Positions 1-11,583 of a stretch of 64,000 nt of DNA are shown one piece after another. The position numbers were made by a program, and so were the translations under genes. The notes under the pieces were generated by a model. That model was not told where the DNA came from. It ran no database searches and saw only the letters and a program-made list of their open reading frames with translations. The stretch spans positions 3,596,001 to 3,660,000 of the forward strand of contig OZ024745.1 in NCBI GenBank assembly GCA_964016885.1. Direction: 5' to 3'. Numbering within the stretch: the first letter of the stretch is position 1; each line of letters opens with the position of its first letter. Source of the stretch: Eledone cirrhosa. Taxonomy: Eukaryota.

Positions 1-1
1 T

Positions 2-1181
2 AATATTATTAAGAACAATATACGTAATCTCTTTAACCAACATAACCTAAAAATTGAATTTGATAACAGCATCAAACTAGCTAATTTCTTGGATGTATCT
101 CTTAATCTTGACACTGGCCTATATTACCCTTACCATAAAAACAATGAGAACCTAAATTATGTTAATTTTAAATCTAACCATCCTACTAATATCAAGAATG
201 CTATAGTTAGTAATATTGGAAAAAGAATATATAACCTATCTTCTAATAAAAACATCTTTGATGCTAACGCCAATTACTATAATAACGCGCTTTCTAAAGC
301 CGGCTATCCTGATAAAATCAAATATAGTAAAGAAACAAATTCTAGAAGATCTTACAGTAGAATAATTAATCATGATCATTCCAATAACTTTAATAAAAGA
401 CCTAGATACAAAAACATAATCTGGTATAATGCTCCTTTCTCCATCTCTATTAATAATAATATTCCTAAATTATTCTTTAGTGCCTTAAATAAATGCTTCC
501 CTCCCTCACATATCTATAGTAAAATATTTAACAAACACACTATAAAATTTTCCTATTCGACATCCTCCAACATTTCCAACATTATCTCTAAACACAACAA
601 TAAAATACTAAATCTCTTCCTTCCAACACTGAATATCATAATAATAGTACTCCCGACGTCATTGTTAACTCTAGGCTAATTTCTGCAAACCCAAATACAA
701 CGTCAAACACAACTTCGCTAAATGTTCTTAATCCCATTCTAAATCAAGAAACTATTATTCCTATCGCAAATAACTTCTCCAATCCAATTCCTTCTATAGA
801 TAACACTAGGTCACTCGTTAATAATCTCTCTAATCGCAATTGCAATTGCCCTGTTAAAAATAAATGTCCTCTCAACAACCATTGTCTTGATAAAAACTTA
901 ATTTACGAATGTAAAGTTATAACTGACACCAATTCCTTCACCTATTTTGGCTCCACTTCCACCTCTTTTAAAGCTCGTCTTTATAACCATCATTCGTCTT
1001 TTAAATACAAACTTAAAAGAACCAACACGGCTCTCTCAGAACTCATATGGTCCTTGAAAGACAAAAATATTAAATATAGCATCTTTTGGAAAAAGGTTTC
1101 TTCTGCGTCTCCATACTTGAACAGTTCTCTATCCAAGATTTAAAATCTCTGTCTAAATGAAAAATTTACCATTATATCTAA
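2..1181 (+). mobile_element. Penelope-like retroelement (Naiad-type), RT C-terminus plus GIY-YIG endonuclease; degenerate and interrupted by an RTE insertion
   Basis: Frame 2 reads ...ANFLDVSLNL..YYPYHK..YVNFKSNHP..IIWYNAPFS (PLE RT thumb). After a frameshift near 605-620, frame 1 reads CNCPVKNKCPLNNHCLDKNLIYECKV...TYFGSTSTSFKARLYNHHSSF...LSELIWSLK, then *NLCLNEKFTIIS (TAA at 1141-1143). Confidence 0.9.
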
Positions 1182-2394
1182 AGAAAATAAGGCGGCGGTC
1201 CCTTCCGGGAAGTGGCCATGCTCAGTGTGTAGGAAAGGCGTAGGTAGAAACTCCATTTTGTGTCCCAAATGCAAAGTATGGGTGCATAAAATATGTAGTG
1301 GGATCACAGGTAAGCTAACTAAGAACATAGATTTTACATGTGGCCAGTGCTCTGGTGCAATAAGTAGCAGCAAGTGCCCAAAAAATACTAGCTCTTTCAA
1401 CTGCGCAGAGGGTTCTATAGAAATAGTGGACAACTTCCGTTACCTGGGTGACAAAATCAGCAGTGGGGTAGGGTGCTCTGAAAGTACAGTAGCTAGAGTC
1501 AGAACTGGATGGAAAAAGTTCAGAGAGCTTATACCACTATTAGCCGCTAAAGGGTTCTCCCTAAAAATGAAAGGCAGGTTGTATGATGCCTGCATACGAA
1601 CAGCAATGTTGCATGGCAGTGAGACCTGGGCATTATGTGCAGAGGATATACGCAGACTAGAGAGGAACGAAGCTTGCATGCTCCGCTGGATGTGTAATAG
1701 TAATATACGTGAACGGCAAAGCATAAACGAACTAAGGAAAAAATTAGAAATAAGAGGGATCAGATGTTGTTTACTCGAGAGAAGGCTACGTTGGTATGGT
1801 CACGTGATGCGCATGAAAGACGATAGCTGTATAACAAAGTGCAGGGCAATAAAGATAGACGGTAGCCACGGAATAGGCAGACCCAGAAAAACCTGGGACG
1901 AGCTGATAAATTCCGACCTCACACACTTATACCTCTCCAAGACAATGTCACTGGACCGAGACCTTTGGCGGTACTCAGTAATAGAGAAGACCCGCCTTAC
2001 CTAAATACAAAGTAAAACCTACTACAGTCAGTAGGCATCTCTAACAAAATACACCCCCGTCCCACCACCCCCACCCCATCCACACCACCCCTTTCAATGT
2101 GAAGTTATGTTGGTGCCACAACATCCAGGCCGAAACAAATTAGATCGTGTAGGTGTCACGACAAAAAAAACACAGTTCACGCTGTAATGTGGCCGTTTAG
2201 GTAACACGGTAAAAACCTCCCAGCCCCACACTGTAAATGTGGTTGGTGTTAGGAAGGGCATCCAGCTGTAGAAAACCCGCCAGATAGTCCTATGCGAGCA
2301 AGATAATCACTCTTGCCTCAAGTGGGAAAACCCCCGTCCAAACCCATGCAAGTGTGGAACACGGACGTTAAACGTTGATGATGATGATGATGAT
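1181..2394 (+). mobile_element. RTE-clade LINE family B, 5'-truncated copy (PHD finger, RT thumb, C-terminus, 3'UTR, (GAT)n tail)
   Basis: ORF 1225-2004 is nearly identical to 20627-21406. It ends in GATGATGAT at 2377-2394 and is flanked by an ATCTAA duplication (1176-1181 and 2393-2398). Confidence 0.93.
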
Positions 2395-2486
2395 CTAATT
2401 TAGATTCTATAATAAATAGACGCACTGACTTGTTTTCTCTCTGCTTGCATAAATTCCACAAAACATTCCACAAAGTATACAGCTAA
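2395..2486 (+). mobile_element. Remainder of the Penelope-like ORF, downstream of the RTE insertion
   Basis: Removing the RTE restores the frame ...TIISNLDSIINRRTDLFSLCLHKFHKTFHKVYS* (TAA 2484-2486). This aligns with ILYATDHILNKKSEAISACKHKLHKTF of the second PLE. Confidence 0.85.
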
Positions 2487-2900
2487 TATCCAAAACTTTA
2501 TCAATTTAGAATCTTTTTCTCAAAGGCACATATATATATATACTTCTTTAAAAATATACCCATCTTTCTACCTTATTTCAAAGTTATTTATTATACATTA
2601 TATAATACTTGTTACTCATTCTATGTCACTCCTATTTATCACTTCCCTTTCTTCTCTTTGTCTTTTAATGTCTAACCCCTAATCTGTACCTTTTCTCACT
2701 GTTGCCTAACATAGAAACAATTATCACACAATACAATATATTCTTACTTTATATCACCTTGCAAAAATCCTTCGTAAACAAACATTTTTTGACGTTAGAT
2801 TATTCATCCTCAATTCATTATTTTTTTCTCCCTTTCATCTAACTTACTCATGCTCATCTCACAATATATCCTTACTTACATTACTTGTTGTTCTTTTTAA

Positions 2901-3070
2901 TAATACATATCAACATTTTCTTTCCATCGCACATATTATTAAACCCTTAAATATTATTCTTAATACATATTAACATTTTCCTTCCATCGCACATATTATT
3001 AAACCCTTAAATATTATTCTTAATACATATTAACATTTTCTTTTCATCGCACATATTATTAAACCCTTCA
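2901..3070. repeat. 60-bp tandem repeat, ~2.8 copies
   Basis: TAATACATAT(C/T)AACATTTTC...CATCGCACATATTATTAAACCCTT recurs at 2901, 2961 and 3021. Confidence 0.9.
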
Positions 3071-3410
3071 ATATACAAACCTTAACTTTACATTATTTTT
3101 CTCTTCGTTAATTTTCAAATTCTTTTAATTTATACATTATCTTCCAACGGTTTTTCAACCTCTCTATGTAAAACAATATATTTATCTCAGTTATAAAAGC
3201 TATCTCTCTCTCTCTCTATCACCCATCTCTCCTCCTATCTCATCCTTCCTCATTATACTCCTCCCTCTCCACTTTTTACTCTCATCTCCTCTTTTTCATC
3301 CCTTTGAAATGCGCATAATAAAATACATGGAACTCTTTTAACCATCTTTTGTTCTTATATATTATGTATACTCCAGTCCTACAAACTGTAGAGTGCTTCT
3401 CATATATACA

Positions 3411-3507
3411 TATACATATATACATATACATATATATATATATATACATATACACATATACACATATATATACATATACACATATACATATATATATATA
3501 TATACAC

Positions 3508-3538
<31 letters not shown>

Positions 3539-3553
3539 TATATATATATATAT

Positions 3554-3584
<31 letters not shown>

Positions 3585-3586
3585 CA
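3411..3586. repeat. (TA)n/(TACA) microsatellite
   Basis: Directly visible; it generates the spurious YI/HI ORFs. Confidence 0.97.
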
Positions 3587-3587
3587 T

Positions 3588-6500
3588 TAACTATATATTG
3601 TTGTTAATATTAATGCTGTTTTCCTGCTGTATTATCGATAAATTTCCGAAGGTTTCTTAGTAGTTTTCATGACGTTATTATTGTTAACTTTACTGGTGTA
3701 TTAACTTGGATATTTACCATGCGGTATTCTAATTCTATTATATCTCTCTCGGTTATTTACCATGCGACCCTCAGTGCCTACCTCACAATTTCCCTCCCAC
3801 CCACCCCCACACACCACCATAGCCTATTCGACCAATCAAACCTCAGCATGCCATTTCCACTGCTGCTGCTACTACCTGCCTAACTAAATCTCTCCTCCTC
3901 TGGCGCAGCCCAACACACCCTGCCATTACCCCACCACCACTGTTCTTCTAGCCCTCAATTTTCCCACCGTTATGGATGGATGAGCTGAGAATACATTTGA
4001 GCAACTCTGAATCAATAGATGAAATATGAATCTGCGAGCTACCAAGCACCCACGTGAAGCGCCAACCCAGAGACCCTCCTCTACGAGTGTCGACAAATGC
4101 CCAAAACTCCGAGTTGGTACCATCAATGTAGGCTCAATGAAAGGAAGAGCAGGAGAAATCGTAGAAATGCTAGAGCGAAAGGAAGTTGATGTATGCTGTG
4201 TGCAAGAGACTAGATGGAGAGGAGAGTCTGCTAGAGTCCTTGTAGCAAAAAGCCAGTGCTACAAATTTTTCTGGGTGGGAAATGACGATGGGATGGGTGG
4301 TGTAGGTATACTATTAGCTGACAAGTGGGTAGATAAAGTAATCTCAGTGTACAGGGTAAATGCAAGAATCATTAAACTCAGACTAGTCCTGAATAAGACA
4401 ATTACCACAATAATATCAGCTTACGCACCCCAATCGGGGCTGCCAGACGAACTTAAGGATAGGTTTTACGAGTCCCTAATACACACTACTGCTCTAACAG
4501 ACGACAAGGACTTCCTAATCATTGCAGGAGATTTTAACGGACACGTAGGTAAACACTGCGACGGCTTCAATAGAGTACATGGAGGCCATGGAGTTGGCAC
4601 AAGGAATGAAGAAGGATTCAGACTTCTAGAATTCTGCGACGCCAATGACATGTCGATATGTAACACAAACTTTAAAAAACCCGACAACCACCTGATCACC
4701 TATAGATCAGAGGAGCACTCTAGTCAGTTAGATTTTATCCTCATCAGAGGACGTGACAGATGGACGGTCGTAAACACAAAAGCCTTCCCTAGTGAGGAAT
4801 GTACATCCCAACATAGCTTAGTTGTCAGCGACCTCACGGTCAGAACTAGACGAACCCGGAAACAGAGGCCAACCTGGAGAAGAAAGATCTGGAAGCTGAA
4901 AGTCCCCTCAACCAGTAACAGATTTAAAGATATTTTACTCAACGCCTACGACAGTAAAGAAGAACAGATAGAGACATTTAATGTAGAAGAGAACTGGGAG
5001 TTCCTAAAAAATAATTTACTAGAGGAGACGGATGAGGTCTGGGGCTGGAGTAAGACCTCAAGCAGGAGGAGAGTGACTTGGTGGTGGAACAATAAGGTAG
5101 ATGAAGCAGTTAAGGCCAAGAGACAGGCATGGAAAGAATGGAAGAACGGGGGGAGCAGGGTACATTACAAAGAGACCAAGAGGGAAGCTAGGCGACAAGT
5201 ATACTTAGCTAGGAGGGAAGCAGAAGATAGAAAATTCAAGCATGTTTTACAACGTGGGGACCAGAAACAGGAGGTATTCAAGATTGCGAGGCAGTGTGTC
5301 AGAGATAGTTGTGATGTCATTGGAGAGAAGTGTATCCGGAATGATAAAGGTGAGCTTGCCCTCACAAGTGCTGAGAAGAAAGATGCATGGAAGAGTCATT
5401 ATGATAGATTACTAAATGAGGAGAATGCATGGGAAGAAGAGACCCTACCCCAAGTAGACCCTATAGAGGGACCAGCAGTACAAGTCAGCAGCAGCGTAGT
5501 AAGTAAGGCAATCAAAGATATGAAGATGGGGAAGGCAACCGGTCCATCGGGTATAGCTGCCGAGATGCTGAAGGCATCTGGGTCTGTAGGTCACACTATA
5601 ACCACACGTATCGTTAACCAGGTAATACGAGAAGGGGCCATACCAAAAGATTGGTGCAGTAGCATCATTGTCAACTGCTACAAAGGTAAAGGCAATGCAC
5701 TAGATAGAGGAAACTATAGAGGTATAAAGTTGATGGACCAGGTCATGAAAGTAACAGAAAGAGTTATAGCACAGCTGATTAGGGACCGGGTGAATATAGA
5801 CGAAATGCAATTTGGGTTTGTACCAGGAAGAGGCACCACTGATGCCCTCTTCCTTGTGAGGCAATTACAGGAAAAGTACCTAGCTAAAAGTAAGCCACTC
5901 TACTTGGCATTCATCGACCTTGAGAAAGCCTTTGACAGAGTTCCACGTGCTGTAATCTGGTGGGCTCTTAGAAAACTAGGAGTAGATGAATGGCTTGTGA
6001 AAGCGGTACAAGCCATGTATAGGGGAGCAGTCAGCAAAGTTAGGATTAGCAAAGAGTATAGCGAGGAATTTAGCGTACAGGTTGGGGTCCACCAGGGCTC
6101 TGTTCTTAGCCCTCTCCTGTTCATCATAGTCCTGCAGGCAATAACGGAGGAGTTTAAGACCGGATGCCCATGGGAACTCCTGTATGCTGATGACCTCGCA
6201 CTCATAGCTGAATCTATGGTAGAACTAGAGAATAAATTCCAAACCTGGAAGCAGTGACTAGAGAGAAAGGGTCTCAAAGTCAACATGACAAAGACTAAGG
6301 TCCTTGTAAGTAGACGAGAAAACAGAACCCAGATCCCCTCAGGGAAATGGCCTTGCTCAGTATGTAGGAAAGGTGTAGGTAGGAACTCCATTCTCTGCCC
6401 CAAATGCAAACAATGGGTACACAAGAGATGTAGTGGGATCTCAGGAAGCTTAATTAAGAATGTAGGATTCACATGCAGCAGCTGTGCTGAAACAGCAAGC

Positions 6501-7441
6501 AGCAAACAGCCACAGGAAACAAGTACCACCAATCTCTGGGAGGGCCCAGTAGAAACAGTAGACAGCTTCTGCTACCTAGGTGACCGAATTAGCAACGGAG
6601 GTGGGTGTTCAGAAAGTACAATAACTAGGGTAAGAACGGGATGGAAGAAGTTTAGGGAACTACTACCACTGCTAGCTGCAAAAGGCTTCTCCCTCAGAAT
6701 GAAAGGCAGACTGTATGATGCGTGTATCCGAACAGCGATGTTGCATGGTAGTGAGACCTGGGCGCTGAAGGTGGAAGACTTACGTAGATTAGAGAGAAAC
6801 GAAGCCTGCATGCTCTGATGGATGTGTAACAGTAATATACGTGAACGACAAAGCATAAATGAATTGAGAAAGAGACTGAGCATTAGAGGAATCAGATGCT
6901 GTGTGCAGGAGAGGCGGTTGCGCTGGTATGGACATGTGATGCGTATGAAGGATGACAGCTGCATAAAAAGGTGCAAAGCACTAGAAGTTGATGGAAACCG
7001 CGGAGTGGGGAGACCCAAGATGACCTGGGATGAGGTGATAAAAGCCGACCTTACCCAATTACACCTCTCAAAGACAATGACACACGACCGTGACTTCTGG
7101 CGTCACGCAGTAATACAGAGTACCCGACCTCCCATGGGTACATGCTGAAGCATATAAACAATATGCCCCCACCGCAAGGTGGTCGTGGAGGTGCCACGGC
7201 AAAAAAGCACCCAGCCCACAGTGTAAAGTGGACGTGTAGGCGCCACGAAAAAGCACCCAGCACTCACTGTAAATGAGGTTGGTGTTAGGAAGGGCATCCA
7301 GCTCTAGAAATCAAGCCAGATCAGTTCCTGTATGAGCAAGGCATGGTCAGCCGACCAGACACTGCACACAACAGGACAACCCGTCTAACCCATGCTAGCG
7401 TGGAGATACGGACGTAAAACGGTGATGATGATGATGATGAT
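3588..7441 (+). mobile_element. RTE-clade LINE family A, apparently full length
   Basis: 5' leader with CACCC and CCAAT boxes, a single APE-RT ORF, 3'UTR and (GAT)n tail ending ~7441. Flanked on both sides by TA microsatellite. The 5' boundary is approximate. Confidence 0.92.
4026..7148 (+). pseudogene. APE endonuclease-reverse transcriptase ORF (~1040 codons) with two nonsense mutations
   Basis: APE motifs GTINV, VQETRW, AGDFNGH, LDFIL, SQH. RT motifs [45 protein letters not shown]. ORFs 4026, 6285 and 6822 share one frame, with TGA at 6255 (GGA in the sister copy) and 6816 (CGA in the sister copy). Confidence 0.93.
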
Positions 7442-7534
7442 ATACATATATATATATATATATATATATGCATATATATATACATATATATATACATATA
7501 CATATATATATATATATACATATATACATATATA

Positions 7535-8789
7535 GTCGTTAATTACCTCGACGTTACCCTCAATTTATTGAATGGGTTGTATTACCCGTATAGAAAGCCG
7601 AATGATACGCTTAATTACATAAGTAAGCATTCCAACCATCCTGCCAGCATAACCAAGAACCTGGTAAGAAACGTTTCGTTGAGGCTTTCCCGTCTTTCCA
7701 CCAACGAGCGTATTTTCAACGACCATTCCACTTATTACAATGAAGCTCTTGGTCGAAGTGGATTTGTCGATAAGGTAGCATATACAGAGTACGAAAATAG
7801 ACCTAGAAGAAATAGATCCCGTCGCATTCGTTGGTATAACCCACCATATAATATGGAGGTGGCCACACCATTAGCTAAGATCTTTCTTTCCCTTATTACG
7901 AAGCATTTTCCCCCCTACACATAAATATAGTAAAATTTTTAATAGAAATACTATTAAAATGTCTTACTCTACGACTCCTAACCTTGCACATAACATCACA
8001 GCTTCAAATTTAGCTAAACTACCTAGCCGTAGGAACACGTGCAACCCTGTAGTTAGTACTAACTGTAATTGTCGGATTTGGGCTGATTGCCCCCTATCCG
8101 GGAAATGCCTCTCTAGTAACATTGTCTACAAATGTAAGGTTGTAACACCCACGTCCCATAGGGCCTACATAGGGTTAACCGCCAATAGTTTCAAGCAGCG
8201 TCTTTACATGCATACCCATTCTTTTCGTTACCCTCTAAAAAGGAATATGACGTCACTTTCAGCTTATATCTGGAGTCTAAAAGACAACCACACCCAATAT
8301 AAGTTACACTGGGAGATCCTAGCTAGGGCTAGATCGTATAACGGAAATAAAAGACCATGTGACCTCTGCGCCGCTGAGGCCCTGGAAATACTCTACGCCA
8401 CAGACCACATCTTAAACAAAAAATCTGAGGCAATTTCGGCTTGTAAACATAAATTGCACAAAACTTTCCTGTATTACAGCCCCACATTATACCCTAACGG
8501 ATAGTACGATCTATACGTGGATATTTTACGTCTTGATGTGGGAGCTAAGTATATGTTTTGTTTATTCCTTTACTTATTTGCATAGGTAAGCATATATTAC
8601 CCGTATGTTTTATGAAGGTACGTATACCTTCTCGTACGTATATTTGATTGTTATGGCGTATAATTTTATATTTCTGGTACATAGGGTTTGGCTATGTGTA
8701 TACGGGAGTTTTGCGTCTGTGTGAGTATGCAGGTTCGTACGTATGGTGGGTGTGTGTATATGTGTACTTCTTGTTTTAGTTGACTTACG
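7535..8789 (+). mobile_element. Second Penelope-like retroelement (Naiad-type), 5'-truncated; RT thumb plus GIY-YIG; coding region ends at 8504
   Basis: VNYLDVTLNL..YYPYRKPN..YISKHSNHP..RWYNPPY. A +1 frameshift lies in the C-run near 7910. Then CNCRIWADCPLSGKC..IVYKC..AYIGLT..FKQRLYMH..CDLC..CKH. The 3' boundary is set only by the junction with the adjacent RTE. Confidence 0.9.
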
Positions 8790-11560
8790 TTTCCCGGAGG
8801 GGACCGGCGTCTTATTTTCTTTCCTACAAACTAGAACTTTAGTCTTAGCCAGGTTAATTTTAAGGCCTTTTGATTCTAGGCCGTGCTTCCATGTTTGGAA
8901 TTTCTTCTCTAGCTCAGCCATTGATTCAGCTATGAGCGTTAGATCATCTGCGTATAGGAGTTCCCATGGGCAGCCGGTCTTGAACTCCTCTGTTATAGCC
9001 TGAAGGGCAATAATAAATAGTAGGGGACTAAGAACAGAGCCCTGATGGACACCGAACTTTTACGCTAAACTCTTCACTATATTCGTTGTTAATTCTAACC
9101 TTGCTGACTGTTTCTTTATACATGGCTTGTATGGCTCTCACAAGCCATTCGTCAACACCTAGTTTTCTAAGAGCCCACTAGATAATGGAACGGGGGACTC
9201 GGGACTCTGTCGAAGGCTTTCTCCAAGTCGACAAAAGCTAACTATAGGGGTTTACTTTTAGCTAGGTACTTCTCCTATAGTTGTCGTACAATGAAAAGAG
9301 CGTCTGTGGTACTTTTGCCTGACACAAACCCGAACTGCATTTCATCTAGATCAATTCTCTCTCTGATTAGTTGCGCTATTACTTTTTCCGTGACCTTCAT
9401 GACCTGGTCGATTAATTTAATGCCTCTATAGTTACTCCTATCTAGGGCGTCTCCTTTACCCTTGTAACAGTTAACGATGATGCTGCTACGCCAGTCCTTC
9501 GGAACAAACCCATTCTGTATGACTTGGTTTACTATCCGGGTGACCATGGTGTGTCCCACCGTACCGGAGGCTTTCAGCATCTCAGCAACTATTTCCGAAG
9601 GCCCAGCCGCCTTACCCGTCTTCATATCTTTGATTGCCTTACTTATTATACTACCTTCGACTAACACTGCTGGTCCCTCTATTGGATTGATGTGGGGGAG
9701 ACTGTCTTTCTCCCATTTATTCTCCTCATTTAGTAGCCTTTCGTAGTGACACTTCCAAGCTACCTTCTTATCAGCGTCAGTGATGGCAAGTATGCCATCA
9801 TCGTTAAGTACACACTTCTCCCCGACAATATCACGGTTTTCCTTGACACATTGCCTAGCACATTGCCAAACACCTCACGTTTTTGGTCCTCGCGTTGTAG
9901 AACATGCTTGAACTTTCTTTCCTCTGCTTCCCTTCTTGCGAAGTACACTTGTCTCCTAGCTTCCCTCCTGGCCACTTGATAGTCTTCTCTGCTTCCCCCA
10001 TCCCGCCATGCTTTCCAAGCCTGCTTTTTGGCCTTGATTGACCCCTCCACCTTACTGTTCCACCACCATGTTACTCTCCTCCTGCCTACAGGCCTGCTCC
10101 AGCCACAGACTTCGTCTGCCGCCATCAGCAGGTTTGCTTTCAGGAATTCCCACTGTTCCTCTACCTTGTACGACTAATTGCTCTTCCTTACTGTCGAAAG
10201 CATCAAGTAATATGCTTTGAAATTTATTTCTGGCTGTGGGATCCTTTAGCTTCCATATTTTTCTCCTGAGGATAGTCCTCTTCTGCTGTCTAGTACGTCT
10301 CGTCCTGATTATGAGGTCGCTAATTATCAGTCTATGTTGGGAGGTGCATTCTTCATGGGGGAGGGATTTAGTGTTTACAACAGACACTCTGTCACGTCTT
10401 CTGGTAAGGATATAATCTACCTGGCTGGTATGTTCTCCTGATCTGTAGGTGATCAAGTGATTGTCTCGTTTTTTGAAGTTAGTGTTACAGATAGTTAGGT
10501 TGTTCGCATCACAGAATTCCAGGATTCTGGAGCCTTCCTCGTTTCTAGTACCAAACCCATAGCCTCCGTGGATTCCGTCATAGCCGTCACAATGTTGTCC
10601 AACGTGACCATTTAGGTCGCCAGCAATAATTATATAGTCACTGTCGGTTATTTGGGAGGTAGTGAGCATCAGTGTCTCATAGAATCTGTCTTTTATAGCG
10701 CCAGGCAGTCCGGATTGGGGCGCGTATGCAGATATTACTGTCACAGTAGTTCTGTTTAGAACAAGTCTTATTTTAATTATTCTGTCATTCACTCTATTTA
10801 CATCTATTATTTTACTGCTAACATGATTCCTACCCCACCTATCCCAAAGTCATTCCCCACCCAGAAAAGCTTATAGCAACGTTTTTTACCCACAATGAAT
10901 CTAGCAGACCCGCCCCTCCACCTGGTCTCTTGGATACAGCAAACATCAACCTCCTTACGTTCAAGCATTTCTACAACCTCGTTAGAGCGGCCTTTTAAGA
11001 TGCCTACGTTCATGGTACCAACTCTGAAGTTTGGGATTGTGTTTGGAGGATGGGGCGCAGGGAGGGGTGAGGGGAATGAGTTTGGGGTTATGTTGGCCAT
11101 CCACGGCCGAAACAAAGGGGGGGGGGGGCTTGCCCCTTCGTCCGGCAGCATGAGGTGAATTTGTCGTTATCTTTGGCATTGTCATCGAGTGTCCAGATTC
11201 TTCAGACTCTCCAGAAATTCCTTAGTCCATCCATCATATCGAAAAGCAGCCAGTGGTGATAGCATAGGCCGTTGACTTGTGATTGGTCCAAATAGTAAAG
11301 GTGGAGAGTGGGGGCGGGAGGGAGGGATATGGGGTAGTTAGCAATGAGGGAGATTATTTAGAACCAGCGTGGAGAAGATTAATTTAAAGCAAGAATAGCA
11401 ACGATTGTAGATATATATGGATGAATGAACGAGGTTTTAAGGAGACAAGAAGAAAATGTTCTATAATACATTACATTTTCGTAGAATCGACTGACCATTT
11501 AATAAGGGTTGACAAGTTCTGAGGTTTTGTCCCTCGTAACATTCTTATTTATATTAGGGA
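8790..11560 (-). mobile_element. RTE family B copy, 5' portion (leader, APE, RT core), lacking its 3' end; multiple stops and frameshifts
   Basis: Minus ORFs 10807-11151, 10052-10792, 9760-10125, 9275-9667 and 8610-8921 match the 18386-20620 copy. Homology stops after ...PVPSGK at 8790. The 5' boundary is approximate. Confidence 0.9.
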
Positions 11561-11583
11561 ATATATATACATATACATATATA

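Noticed and set aside
5900-7018. Antisense ORFs over RTE coding regions (also 12017-13138 and 19981-21126)
   Set aside because: Shadow ORFs of the RT frame, with no independent protein features.
8505-8789. Hammerhead ribozyme expected in Penelope terminal repeats (also searched 2487-3410)
   Set aside because: A hairpin GAAGGTA-CGTA-TACCTTC is present at ~8614-8631, but I found no CTGANGA...GAAA core by eye. A covariance search would be needed to exclude it.
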